64,000 nt of DNA from an uncultured Bacteriovoracaceae bacterium (GCA_950054155.1 CATLOT010000004.1:71098-135097); one strand, 5' to 3'. Counted from the first letter of the stretch, positions 46,080 through 55,955 are shown. Translations and numbers: made by a program. The notes: generated from the sequence alone by a model not told the origin.

Positions 46080-46889
46080 CTACGTCACTGCTCTTAAGAC
46101 TTCGTATAAGGTTATTGCGCCACAAACGGCGACGTTGAGGGAGTTCTTTCTTCCTCTGAGGGGAATAGAGAGGAGGTGGTCAGCACGCCTTAAAACGGGG
46201 TCAGCAAGACCATAGCGCTCATTTCCAAGGATGATAGCTGCAGGATGTTCAATGGGAGTCTCTTCAAGGGGCTTGGCTTCTTTTGCTGTTTCTAAAGCGT
46301 AGAGGGTATAGCCGCGCTCCTTAAGTTGATCTAGGCATTTAAGTGTATTGTCCCAATGGGTGTAGGTGACCCACTCTTGAGTCCCGAGGGCGGCCTTAGC
46401 CGTTTTTGAGTTTTCAGGAGTTGCCGTATAACCACAAAGGTGAATTTCTCTAACACCAAAAGCTTCTGCGCTTCGAAAGAGGGAACCTACATTAAAAGCG
46501 CTTCTCAGGTTATCGAGAACCAAAACAGGTGGCCTTCCTAAAAGTCCCTTTGCACCACCTTTTGGTTTTTCCGTATCTTGAGTTGAGATGAGAAACTGAT
46601 CCTCACGGAGGTCTTTTTCTTGAAAGCGTTCAAGGAGAATCAAGGAGTGCTCAAGGTGGCGAGGTTCTTGGAAGTTTATTTTAAGGAGTTCATTAGAGAG
46701 AGAAGCCAGTGACTTAGTCTCGTGCTTACTGAGAACATTGAGGTATTGAAAATAGGCCTTATGGTTTTCAGTCCATCCCGGGCTTTTCCATCTTTGTTCT
46801 TCCATTTGTCGCAGAAGACGCCAAAGGGAGTCAGAAGCTTGCTTCTTACTGAAGGAGAGAAAGGCTTGAGGTGGTATTTGAAAGGCCAT
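46080..46889 (-). CDS. TrmH/SpoU-family RNA 2'-O-methyltransferase
   Basis: 'LDNLRSAFNVGSLFRSAEAFG', 'IILGNERYGL' and 'LSIPLRGRKNSLNVAVCGAITLYE'. Confidence 0.8.
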   Translation of the reverse strand: MAFQIPPQAFLSFSKKQASDSLWRLLRQMEEQRWKSPGWTENHKAYFQYLNVLSKHETKSLASLSNELLKINFQEPRHLEHSLILLERFQEKDLREDQFLISTQDTEKPKGGAKGLLGRPPVLVLDNLRSAFNVGSLFRSAEAFGVREIHLCGYTATPENSKTAKAALGTQEWVTYTHWDNTLKCLDQLKERGYTLYALETAKEAKPLEETPIEHPAAIILGNERYGLADPVLRRADHLLSIPLRGRKNSLNVAVCGAITLYEVLRAVT

Positions 46890-46961
46890 CTATTGGAATT
46901 TGTAGCAAAATTCGAGGTCTTTTGCTACAACATTGGGAAGCTAATTATTGGAGTTTTTGCT

Positions 46962-48659
46962 ATGCAAGGTAAACGTTTTCTCATCACGTCAGCACTTCCT
47001 TACGCCAATGGGCCAATTCATTTTGGGCACTTGGTAGGAGCTTACCTCTCAGCTGATGTCTATAACCGCCACAAGAAACTTCAAGGGGAGAAATCACTCT
47101 TTATTTGTGGCAGTGATGAGCATGGTGTGGCCATTATGCTTAATGCCAAGAAAGCGGGAATTGGCTATCAAGAATACGTTGATAAGTGGCACAAGGAGCA
47201 TGGAGAGGTTTTCAATAAGTATGGCGTTGAATTTGATTTCTTTGGGCAGACATCGGCTCCCTATCACGCAGAGGAAACAGTAAAATGGTTTCATGAGCTC
47301 AATGAGAGAGGATTTATTGGACCTCAGGACAGTCAGCAGCTCTATTGTAATGACTGTCATAATCATCTCCCTGATCGCTTCGTTGAAGGGACTTGCTACG
47401 TTTGTGATTACGATAGTGCGCGCGGGGATGAGTGTCCTAATTGTGGTGAGTTCATTGACCCAGTTCGCCTTAAAGAGCCAGTTTGTAAAATTTGTGGCTC
47501 CCAAAATATAAAAGAAGTAACGGTTACCCAGTATTACCTCCTTCTTTCAAAGTACCATAAAGAATTTAGAGAGTGGTTTGAAAGTAAGAAGGGAGATTGG
47601 CGTAAAACCGTATGGCCATATGTGGATAGTCTCACCAAAGAAGAGCTTAAAGACCGTGCGATCACTCGTGACCTTGATTGGGGAATCGATGTTCCACTAG
47701 AAGGGACAGAGGGCAAGAAACTCTATGTATGGTTTGATGCACCCATTGGATATGTTTCTAATACCAAAGAAGCGTTAAAAGGGAGTGATGAAGACTATCT
47801 TAAAGACTGGTGGCAAAATCCTGATACTGAGCTGACCCATTTTATTGGAAAAGATAATATTATTTTTCACACCATTATCTTCCCAACGATGAGTATGGCT
47901 TCAGGAAAAGCAAAACCAGCGGATCATGTTCCGGCCAATCAGTTCCTTAACCTTGAAGGCAGACAATTTAGTAAGTCTACTGGTCATTATGTCGATGCTC
48001 TTGATGCTGTCGATGAATTTGGTCAGACCGCTCTTCGCTATTATCTTTTGAGTATTCTTCCTGAGAGTACTGACTCAAGTTTTAGTTGGGATCAGTTTCA
48101 GGCTAAGGTTAATAATGAACTGGCTAATAATATTGGTAACTTTCTTAACCGCTGCCTAAAGTTCACGCAAAAGCATTGGGCTGAGGGCATGCCAGCTGAC
48201 TACTACCAGGCCTTTCTCTCTACGGAGAACTGTCAGGAAATTGGTCGTGATCTCGAAGAATTGAATGGGCTTCTTGATCAGCAGAGCTTTAAGAAGGGAA
48301 TCGAAAAAGTGATGGCGATGGGGAACAAGGCCAATAACTATTTTTCTGATCAAGCTCCGTGGGCCCTTATTAAAGAAAACAAAGACGAAGCCGGTAAGGT
48401 CTTAGCCGCCTCGTCGATTTATGCTCTTTGCTTAGGGGTTGCAATGGCGCCCTTTCTTCCTGAACTGAGTTCAAATATTCTTAAGCATTTTGATAATATT
48501 CTTGAAGAAAAGAGTGTGAGTGAAATCTATAGTGGGAAGCTTGATATTCTCTCGTCACTCTTTGCTGATGGTCATCATCTTAAAGAAGCAGTAAATGCTC
48601 TGGTGCCTAAAATCTCAGACGAAATTATTTCCGCACGAAAAGAAAATTTACTGAATTAA
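46962..48659 (+). CDS. metG: Methionine--tRNA ligase
   Basis: 'ITSALPYANGPIHFGHL' (HIGH), zinc knuckles 'CYVCDY...CPNCG' and 'CKICG', and 'GRQFSKSTGH' (KMSKS). Start moved to ATG 46962. Confidence 0.9.
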   Translation: MQGKRFLITSALPYANGPIHFGHLVGAYLSADVYNRHKKLQGEKSLFICGSDEHGVAIMLNAKKAGIGYQEYVDKWHKEHGEVFNKYGVEFDFFGQTSAPYHAEETVKWFHELNERGFIGPQDSQQLYCNDCHNHLPDRFVEGTCYVCDYDSARGDECPNCGEFIDPVRLKEPVCKICGSQNIKEVTVTQYYLLLSKYHKEFREWFESKKGDWRKTVWPYVDSLTKEELKDRAITRDLDWGIDVPLEGTEGKKLYVWFDAPIGYVSNTKEALKGSDEDYLKDWWQNPDTELTHFIGKDNIIFHTIIFPTMSMASGKAKPADHVPANQFLNLEGRQFSKSTGHYVDALDAVDEFGQTALRYYLLSILPESTDSSFSWDQFQAKVNNELANNIGNFLNRCLKFTQKHWAEGMPADYYQAFLSTENCQEIGRDLEELNGLLDQQSFKKGIEKVMAMGNKANNYFSDQAPWALIKENKDEAGKVLAASSIYALCLGVAMAPFLPELSSNILKHFDNILEEKSVSEIYSGKLDILSSLFADGHHLKEAVNALVPKISDEIISARKENLLN

Positions 48660-48760
48660 ACAATCTTAAGTTGTTGAAACTATTGATGTTTAGTAGTTTT
48701 CCAGGCTATCTTACTGAAATTTCAGGAATTCTCTATCATAAAGAGTTGTAAACTTCTCTT

Positions 48761-50005
48761 ATGGTAATTTTAGTTGTCGATGATAATGAAGATATTCGTG
48801 AGCTTGTAAGCTATGCTTTGAAGGATGAGATTCCTGAGTGCACCGTTTTAGAAGCAAGTGGGGGAGACCTCGCTGTCGAATTACTCACAAAGTTTGGTTT
48901 TCGTATTGAAGGAATTGTTTGTGACTTTTTTATGCCTGGTGGAAATGGTCTGGTCGTCTTTAAAGAGTGGGTGAGAAAGTTTTCTCATATTCCCTTCATT
49001 CTCTTTAGCTCCGAAGTTGAAGCAGCGAAGGCTGAGTTTATTAAAAGTGGTTTCGCACCAAAGGAGTGGTCTCACTTTTCCTTTATTAATAAACAAGAAG
49101 GAGTTGAGCCCTTAACTCAAGCGGTTCAAAAATTTCCCGAACTCAGTTATGTAAAAATACCGATTCATGAAGTGAAAGAAAGTGTACCCCTTCGCTATCC
49201 TCTGTATATTGCCCTCAATGAAACGAAGCTTGTGAAGTATCTTCATCAAAATGACACTCTCGCGGAGGATCGACTAGCTCAATTAAAAGAAAAGGGTGTA
49301 ACTCATTTTTTTATACCCTCAAGAAATATTCGCACGAGTGGTATCGTTGGTCCTTGGGTCAATATCGTTGAGGAAGAACTTAGCTTAAAAGACCAGTTTT
49401 TCCGGTTTAAAGCTGCTCATGAGGAACTTCTGCTCGGTGTTCTGACAAGTAAAGAAAAACTTGATTCTGGATTTAAGTGGTTTGAATCAACGCTTGATCA
49501 AATCGAAAACATGGATGAAATTGAAAGAATTCTCAAAAAGAATAATATTTGTGATGACTATATTATTCATCATAGTTACCTCATTTACCTCATAAGTCTT
49601 ATGACTCTGAAAGAACTTAATATTAATTCACAAAGAAATCGCCAGATTCTCTTCTTTGGAATCCTCTTTCATGACCTCTTAAAAAATGATGATGAGGCCC
49701 TTGCTTATGATTTTGGGAGAACTCATAAAGAAATGGCCCAGTTGATGACTGAAGTGCGAGCTCTTGAAAGATCTTTAACTAAAATGGCCATAGATGATGA
49801 CTTCGTTCTAGTGATTGAGGCAATGACTCTGGGTCTTCATGATTCATCTTATACGCCAAGGCTTGGTCATAAACTAGCAGCAATTGCACTCAGTTCTCAT
49901 CGTCTTTGCAATGAACTTTATAGGGGAAAATTCCTCTTTCTCAATAAAGACCAAAGTACTAACAAATCGGTTCAAGGTGCCATTGATGGCCTCTTCTCTA
50001 ATTAA
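48761..50005 (+). CDS. Response regulator: receiver domain + HD-type C-terminal domain
   Basis: 'VILVVDDNEDIRELV', 'VCDFFMPGGNG' and 'PFILFSS'. The C-terminal has 'IIHHS...' and 'FFGILFHDLLKND'. Confidence 0.6.
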   Translation: MVILVVDDNEDIRELVSYALKDEIPECTVLEASGGDLAVELLTKFGFRIEGIVCDFFMPGGNGLVVFKEWVRKFSHIPFILFSSEVEAAKAEFIKSGFAPKEWSHFSFINKQEGVEPLTQAVQKFPELSYVKIPIHEVKESVPLRYPLYIALNETKLVKYLHQNDTLAEDRLAQLKEKGVTHFFIPSRNIRTSGIVGPWVNIVEEELSLKDQFFRFKAAHEELLLGVLTSKEKLDSGFKWFESTLDQIENMDEIERILKKNNICDDYIIHHSYLIYLISLMTLKELNINSQRNRQILFFGILFHDLLKNDDEALAYDFGRTHKEMAQLMTEVRALERSLTKMAIDDDFVLVIEAMTLGLHDSSYTPRLGHKLAAIALSSHRLCNELYRGKFLFLNKDQSTNKSVQGAIDGLFSN

Positions 50006-50006
50006 A

Positions 50007-51962
50007 CTATAGGTTAGATTCTTCTTGAAGTGAGATAGGGGTTTCATTGTCTCCCTGATTGAGTGCTTCAAGAACAGGAAGCTTTATAACCTGGCCGATC
50101 GTCAGTTTATCTGAGAGCTTATTCTCTTCTTGTTGGCGGCGAACAAGCCAAAAAGGGTACTCAAACTTCTTTAGAATTTCATCAAGAGTGTCGCCTTTTT
50201 CAACGATGTACTTTTTAGTGTCCACAACACGATAATTTTCAAAGAAGTCCTCTTGGATAGAAAGGTGATAGGCATTTCTCTCTTGTTCAAATTGGAGAAC
50301 TTGTTCCTTTGAAAGGTAGAGATTTAATTTCTGACCAATGTAGATGACTCGACCAAAGGCGAGACCATTCCATTGGCGAATTTTCTGAGTAGGAATTTTA
50401 AGCCAGTCAGCAAAGTGACCGAGTGTCTCATCTGTTTCTACTTCAATGCGATAGCGTGACCCCTTTATTTTCGTAACACTAAGGTTATAGCCTTCAAGCC
50501 CCGAGCTTGAAAGGGGAGGGAGAGGTCCATAGACTGGTTTAACTGGGATCTTTTTGGGAGGGACACTTGGTGCTTGCGCCGTAAGAGTTTTCTCTGTCTT
50601 TACAGGTTCCTTTACTTTAATAACATCAGCAACCTTTTGCTTTTCCTCTATTTTATTAATGTCAGTGTCTTTTCCTGGAATCTTAAGTCTCATTCCAGCA
50701 TAGATACGAGAAGGATCTGAGAGCTGATTATAAACAATCACATCACGCATCTTAGCCTTATAGGCTTGAGAGATTTGAATAAGTGTTTCACCTCGGGAGA
50801 CGATATGAAGGCGCTCACCATCAAGACTTGGGGTGAGGTCTTTTTGCTTTTCAAGGGAGGCAAGGGCCTGAGAGAGGCTCTCATCATTGAGCTTCGGAAT
50901 ATAAACCTTATGCCCCTTAGGAAGAGGGAGCCCCATCTTATAAGCACTTCTTCTTATGGACGGGTTGAGCTCTTTAAAAGTATTCGTATTAACGTTTAGA
51001 GTTTTAATCACCTGTTGAGTGGTGAGGGGGCCCGGTAGCGCAAGAGCTGAAACAGCAATGGCCTTAGGTTTTTGAAAGTGAGGAAAATAAACCTGGGGGT
51101 ATTGGGAGATTTTCACCGTCGCCATGAAGGTTGCATAGAAATTCTTTGAAGCGAAGCCAAAGCGGCGATTGCGGTATTGATCAATAATAGTATGGATGTC
51201 ACGTGTTCCTAATTTTCGAATCGCCCTTTGCATGCTTCGGGCTCCATGATTATAGGCCGTCAGTGCGAGAGGCCAGGACTTGAGGAGTCGGTAATTATCT
51301 TTAAGAAGGCGGAGAGCACCAATTGTTGCTTTGTAAGGGTCTCGGCGCTCATCGATAGTGTAACCGATTTTTAGTTTGTAGAGTCTCGCGGTCATTCTCA
51401 TAAACTGCCACATTCCCGCGGCTCCCACTTTAGAGTAAGCGTGAGGATTGAAAGAAGACTCCACGTGAGGAAGAAAACGAATCTCTTCAGGTAGGCCTTC
51501 TTTTTTGAGAAGCTCTTTAATGTAATCCATATACTGATAACTTCTCATGAGGCCTTTAAAATAGCGGTCACTAAGACCGTATTGGAAGCGTAGGTTACGC
51601 GAAAGGGCGTAGTATTCTTTCTTGGGTCTTTCTCCTACAATTTTGAGAATTTCTTTGTGAGCAGCGCTAGGTTTATTAAAGTTCTTATTACTAAGGTCAC
51701 GAAGAAGTTTTCGATAGTGGGCCCTTTCTTTTCTTAGGAAGTTTCTTCTTCTGCGTGAATGACGAGGTAATTTAACTTTTTTATAGATAATTCTTAAGTC
51801 TTCAGAGTCATGAAGGAATGCTTCTTGGGTGCTAATTTCGGTGTATACCTTGATCCAAAAATCGACGCGATTCTTTACATTTCCTTTAATGGGAAAAGCT
51901 TCGCTTTGGGCATTGAGTGTGAGGGAGAAGAGGAAGAGGGTGAGGACAATAAAATTTCGGAT
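50007..51962 (-). CDS. MltD-like lytic transglycosylase with LysM repeats; apparent non-canonical (ATC) start
   Basis: SLT core 'LPHVESSFNPHAYSKVGAAGMWQFM' and three LysM-like blocks ('HIVSRGETLIQISQAY', 'YRIEV...ETLGHFADWL', 'YIVEKGDTLDEILKKF'). The frame stays open upstream of the listed ATG 51548 and encodes a signal peptide 'IRNFIVLTLFLFSLTLNA|QS' and 'VDFWIKVYTE'. See the finding for this gene. Confidence 0.7.
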   Translation of the reverse strand: MRNFIVLTLFLFSLTLNAQSEAFPIKGNVKNRVDFWIKVYTEISTQEAFLHDSEDLRIIYKKVKLPRHSRRRRNFLRKERAHYRKLLRDLSNKNFNKPSAAHKEILKIVGERPKKEYYALSRNLRFQYGLSDRYFKGLMRSYQYMDYIKELLKKEGLPEEIRFLPHVESSFNPHAYSKVGAAGMWQFMRMTARLYKLKIGYTIDERRDPYKATIGALRLLKDNYRLLKSWPLALTAYNHGARSMQRAIRKLGTRDIHTIIDQYRNRRFGFASKNFYATFMATVKISQYPQVYFPHFQKPKAIAVSALALPGPLTTQQVIKTLNVNTNTFKELNPSIRRSAYKMGLPLPKGHKVYIPKLNDESLSQALASLEKQKDLTPSLDGERLHIVSRGETLIQISQAYKAKMRDVIVYNQLSDPSRIYAGMRLKIPGKDTDINKIEEKQKVADVIKVKEPVKTEKTLTAQAPSVPPKKIPVKPVYGPLPPLSSSGLEGYNLSVTKIKGSRYRIEVETDETLGHFADWLKIPTQKIRQWNGLAFGRVIYIGQKLNLYLSKEQVLQFEQERNAYHLSIQEDFFENYRVVDTKKYIVEKGDTLDEILKKFEYPFWLVRRQQEENKLSDKLTIGQVIKLPVLEALNQGDNETPISLQEESNL

Positions 51963-51973
51963 AAAGTATGCTC

Positions 51974-52753
51974 CTAGTTTCTAAGTAAAGGGGTAAAATA
52001 AGAGTCCCCTAGGCTTTTTTTATAGAGCTTAGCGTGCTTTTTTTCAATCCTATCTAGTGTTCCATTTTTTGCGAGTTTTTCATAGCATTCGTTAAAACGG
52101 TCGCGGATTTCTTTCTTTTTAAAGCTGGCCTTAAAGGTCGTAGGCTTGAATACTTTAAAGAACTTAACTTCAGGAAATTCAGTGTCACTAGTTTCTTGAA
52201 CAAAACGATTGTGATAGTTCATGAAAATAAGGCCATCACTTATAACAGCATCAACTCGTTTTTTGAGAAGCATCTTTACGTGGTTTTTCTGATCACTTGT
52301 TTCATCGTAACTCGCAAATAGGTCTATATTTTCTTCTAGGCCAGATATTAACTTTCTTCCTTCAACAAAGGTGGCAACATGGCGCCCTTTTAGGTCTTTA
52401 AGAGTTGAGAGACCTTTGGGAAAGTCGTCCTTTCTCGCAAGGACACCGTTATGATATTTGATATAAGATAGGGTAGGAAAGTAGCTGCTCTTAAAGCTTT
52501 GTGGCACACACAAAATTCCATCATAGCCACCAGACTGATCAGATGATTCAAAGGTTTTGATATGACGAAAATAAGGCTGGAGGTCGTATTGCACTTTGAG
52601 TTTGGCACAAGTAAAAATGCTTTCTACGATTTCATATTCTCGACCCGAAACTCCTTTGCCTTCGTAGTTCCCCGGAAGATAGGGAGCTAGGACTATTAGG
52701 TCTGCTGCGGCAGAAAATTGAATTAGAATAAAGAAAAGAGTCTGCTTTAGCAT
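51974..52753 (-). CDS. Periplasmic substrate-binding-protein-like (type 2 PBP, SBP_bac_3-like) protein
   Basis: Signal peptide, 'LKDLKGRHVATFVEG' and 'LLKKRVDAVISD', typical of family-3 binding proteins. No transporter partner lies nearby. Confidence 0.45.
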   Translation of the reverse strand: MLKQTLFFILIQFSAAADLIVLAPYLPGNYEGKGVSGREYEIVESIFTCAKLKVQYDLQPYFRHIKTFESSDQSGGYDGILCVPQSFKSSYFPTLSYIKYHNGVLARKDDFPKGLSTLKDLKGRHVATFVEGRKLISGLEENIDLFASYDETSDQKNHVKMLLKKRVDAVISDGLIFMNYHNRFVQETSDTEFPEVKFFKVFKPTTFKASFKKKEIRDRFNECYEKLAKNGTLDRIEKKHAKLYKKSLGDSYFTPLLRN

Positions 52754-52792
52754 GACCTTATTTTAAAAGAACTCGATTTATTTTGAAACGAA

Positions 52793-53455
52793 ATGGCACA
52801 AAATATTAAGATAAAAAGTTGGTCAAAGAAGAAAAGGTTGCAAAAGGCACTTAGCCTCCTCAAAAGTGGTGATCAGTGGGTCTATGACCTCTATTGTGAC
52901 CACGGAGACCTAGGAAAAGCATGTCTAAATGAGGGAAAGAATGTCCTCTTTAATGACATTAGTCCTCGTCTTGTCCAAGGCATTCGTGAAGACCTCGGTG
53001 TTCAAATGACTGGAAAGGCACCTTTAGTAGAGTATTGGGATAGACCTGCACAGGAGTTAAAGTTTAAGGAGAGCTCTCTTATCTTTATGCTTGGTGTCGG
53101 TGGGCTCTTAATGATCGACTGTTTAAAGGCGTGGGAATTTAATGAGACGCAGCGTTTTGTGGCCATTCCGGCCTACTATTCTGTTGAACTTTATGAGTAT
53201 CTTGCGAGTTTGGAGGGATTTGAGCTTTCTTTGGACTTTGTTAAAGAAGGAAGGAGAGGTTATGAGGTCTTTATTTTTAAAAAGGTCTCTCACTGTCAGC
53301 CAAATTTCCAGGATTATTTTGAGGCGGACTCCTGGAAGGAGCGGGGAATTGACTATATTCGGAGGCGATTCCATTCATTGCGAAATAAGAGGCAGAGAAC
53401 GCAAAGGGAGGAGTTTTTGGTTAACGAATTGCGCAAAATTATTGAAAAATATTAA
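52793..53455 (+). CDS. SAM-dependent methyltransferase, TrmK (tRNA m1A22)-like
   Basis: 'VYDLYCDHGDLGKACL' resembles the TrmK 'DIGxDHAYL' motif. Size about 220 aa. Confidence 0.4.
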   Translation: MAQNIKIKSWSKKKRLQKALSLLKSGDQWVYDLYCDHGDLGKACLNEGKNVLFNDISPRLVQGIREDLGVQMTGKAPLVEYWDRPAQELKFKESSLIFMLGVGGLLMIDCLKAWEFNETQRFVAIPAYYSVELYEYLASLEGFELSLDFVKEGRRGYEVFIFKKVSHCQPNFQDYFEADSWKERGIDYIRRRFHSLRNKRQRTQREEFLVNELRKIIEKY

Positions 53456-53568
53456 AAATTTCTTTCACCTCCCCAATTTTACTTTGCTCCGGGACCAATT
53501 CATCATAAGCTGAAGTCAACAGATTAACTTGGGAAAAACCTTTCTTTTTCCCCATTAAGGATTTTTTT

Positions 53569-53763
53569 ATGCAGACAGGTACAGTTAAATTTTTCGACGA
53601 AACTAAAGGTTTTGGTTTTATCACTCCAGACGATGGTGGGAAAGACATCTTCGTTCATATCACAGGTATTCCGGGTGGAAGTCTTGCTGATGGTGACAAG
53701 GTAGAATACGAAATGGGTGAAGGCCGCAAAGGTCCTTGCGCGATTAACGTACAAAAGAAATAA
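53569..53763 (+). CDS. Cold-shock protein (CspA family)
   Basis: '[27 protein letters not shown]' (RNP1/RNP2). Confidence 0.9.
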   Translation: MQTGTVKFFDETKGFGFITPDDGGKDIFVHITGIPGGSLADGDKVEYEMGEGRKGPCAINVQKK

Positions 53764-53787
53764 TTTTTCGCCAAAAGACATTCATAT

Positions 53788-53823
53788 AAAAAAAGAAAGG
53801 AGGTCATAAGACCTCCTTTTTTT
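53788..53823. terminator. Bidirectional rho-independent terminator between csp (+) and the helicase gene (-)
   Basis: An A-run, a 10-bp stem 'AAAGGAGGTC-ATAA-GACCTCCTTT', then a T-run. Confidence 0.8.
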
Positions 53824-53858
53824 ATGAGTAAATTTGAGTTTACAGTAGAGTCGAAAAA

Positions 53859-55955
53859 TTAACGAAGTGAAACTTCAATTTTCTTAAGGCGTCCATCCCC
53901 AAGAGAAGTGGTTTTGACGACACTATCTTCACCAAGATGCTGGTGAACAATGCGACGGTCACGAGGATCAAGGGGCTTTAAAGTGAAAGGCTCTTTTGAG
54001 TTAAGAACTTTTTCTTTGGCCTCTTCAGCAAGAGCGATAATCTTTTCTTCTCTTTCTTTATTATTGCGATCAGGGCCACCGTTTCTGCCACGGCCTCGGG
54101 TGTTTGGCCTCCCATCACGACGGTTGCCACCTTTGTCATTTCTTTTGTCACCTCGGCGTGTATCTGTCTTCGCCCCATGGACACGGACATTCCACTTGAG
54201 TTTTGAGGGGAGAGTGATTTTATTAGCAAGGTAGAGGCGCATAATCTGCTCAAGGCCTTGAAGCATTTCACCTCTATTTCTTAGAAGGAGTCCTTCATCT
54301 GGACCATTGAAGCTAATATCAAGACTATCGCCTTTAAAGCTTACCTTCACTTTCACATCAAGATGAGAGAGGGTAAGGATTTCAATAATAAAGGGAAGAA
54401 GAAGCTTCTTATAATGAGCATCTAAGCTGTATTTGTAGGTGATCTTTTGCGGACCAAAGAAGAAATAGCGCTTTCTTCCTTTGGCAATAACCTCTTTCTT
54501 AAGAAGAGACTCATCTGTAATCATGTAGTAACCAAGAGCTGCTCTGTTGGCATCCTCTTCATTCTCATGAGTTGTGACGAAGAAGCGGCGATCGCGCTTC
54601 TCATCTTCACTGGCCACAAATTTCTTAAGGGGAGTGGGTAATGCTCTTTCAAGGGGGGCATCGTACTTTTCTGTCTTCATGCTCTTCTTCTCTCTCTTTG
54701 GGTTGCGATCTTTCTTTTGAGAAGAGCGGTTTCTGTCCACTGGCTTAAGTGTTTTCCCGTCAATATAAGGCTTTGGTGCAATTTCAGCAGTCACATCCTC
54801 ATTTGAGAGGTCAAGCTTTTCGATTTTGCTGTCAATATAAGCGTAGATGTCATCGAGGTATTCACAGTCTTCGTGGGCGCAAAAAGAAATGGCACGCCCT
54901 GACTTACCAGCTCGACCCGTTCGTCCAATACGGTGAACATAGTTTGCCGCTTCTTGGGGAAGATCGTAGTTAATAACAAGGTTGACGTCTTTGATATCAA
55001 GACCTCTAGCTGCAACGTCAGTACAGACAAGGATCGTTACTTCTTTGCTACGAAACTCTTCCATAAGACGTGTTCTCTTATTCTGAGGAAGACGTCCTGA
55101 AATAGGCTTCGCTTTAAAATCCATCAAACGCAGCCACTCAGCAACTAAGTGGGTTTGCATTTGCGTATTACAGAAAATAATGGCGTAAATATCTTCGTCT
55201 CTATTTTCACGCAGGATATTGACAAGATAGGGCATTTTTTCTTGTTTCGTGATCATCGCCAATGAGTGGTTGATGTGATCCACAAGAATAGAGTCTTCAT
55301 TAAGCTTAAGTTCCATGGGGTGGGACTTAAACTTATAAGCTGTTTTAAGTACTTCCATATTAGAAGTTGCACTCACCATGATAAGCTGACGATCGTCATT
55401 TACCTTAGAGAGGATAAATTCAATATCCTTTTGAAAGCCCATATCAAAGAGACGATCAGCTTCATCAAAAACCACGGCCTTCACTTGATCAAGTTTCACT
55501 GCCTTTTGCTTGATGAGATCAACTAAGCGACCTGGAGTCGCCACGAGGACACGGGTCCCTTTGCTGAGAGCAGACTTTTGCTTATCGATTGATTCACCAC
55601 CGATAAGACAGGCGGCATGGATACCGAGGTGCTTGCCAATTTGATCAAAGACTTTGTGTGTTTGTTGGGCAAGTTCTCTGGTCGGGCTTAGAGTCACATA
55701 CTCTACAAGCTTTTCGGTGTCAGCGCCTTCTTCGCTCTTATCTTCTGCGCGAAGGATTTGCTCAACAATAGGGATAGCAAAGGAGCCGGTTTTCCCACTG
55801 CCTGTTTCTGCTTGGGCAAAAATATCTTTGCCCTCTAAAATATGGGCAAGGGTCATTTCCTGGATAGGGGAGGCTTTTTCAAAGCCCATTTGCTGTAGAG
55901 AGTCTAAAAGGGGGGCGCTGAGGCCAAATTCATTAAAAGATGTCGTTGTTTCCAT
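53859..55955 (-). CDS. DEAD-box RNA helicase fused to a Jag/KhpB-like KH + R3H C-terminal module
   Basis: Q-motif 'FEKASPIQ', 'AQAETGSGKT', 'VFDEADRLFD', 'SAT' and 'HRIGRTGRAG'. C-terminal 'DVKVKVSFKGDSLDISFNGPDEGLLLRNRGEMLQGLEQI' (KH-like), an RG-rich linker, and 'LKPLDPRDRRIVHQHLGEDSVVKTTSLGDGRLKKIEV' (R3H). Confidence 0.85.
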   Translation of the reverse strand: METTTSFNEFGLSAPLLDSLQQMGFEKASPIQEMTLAHILEGKDIFAQAETGSGKTGSFAIPIVEQILRAEDKSEEGADTEKLVEYVTLSPTRELAQQTHKVFDQIGKHLGIHAACLIGGESIDKQKSALSKGTRVLVATPGRLVDLIKQKAVKLDQVKAVVFDEADRLFDMGFQKDIEFILSKVNDDRQLIMVSATSNMEVLKTAYKFKSHPMELKLNEDSILVDHINHSLAMITKQEKMPYLVNILRENRDEDIYAIIFCNTQMQTHLVAEWLRLMDFKAKPISGRLPQNKRTRLMEEFRSKEVTILVCTDVAARGLDIKDVNLVINYDLPQEAANYVHRIGRTGRAGKSGRAISFCAHEDCEYLDDIYAYIDSKIEKLDLSNEDVTAEIAPKPYIDGKTLKPVDRNRSSQKKDRNPKREKKSMKTEKYDAPLERALPTPLKKFVASEDEKRDRRFFVTTHENEEDANRAALGYYMITDESLLKKEVIAKGRKRYFFFGPQKITYKYSLDAHYKKLLLPFIIEILTLSHLDVKVKVSFKGDSLDISFNGPDEGLLLRNRGEMLQGLEQIMRLYLANKITLPSKLKWNVRVHGAKTDTRRGDKRNDKGGNRRDGRPNTRGRGRNGGPDRNNKEREEKIIALAEEAKEKVLNSKEPFTLKPLDPRDRRIVHQHLGEDSVVKTTSLGDGRLKKIEVSLR

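Noticed and set aside
53524-53781. 85-aa minus-strand ORF covering the csp gene
   Set aside because: It is antisense to an unmistakable cold-shock protein sequence.
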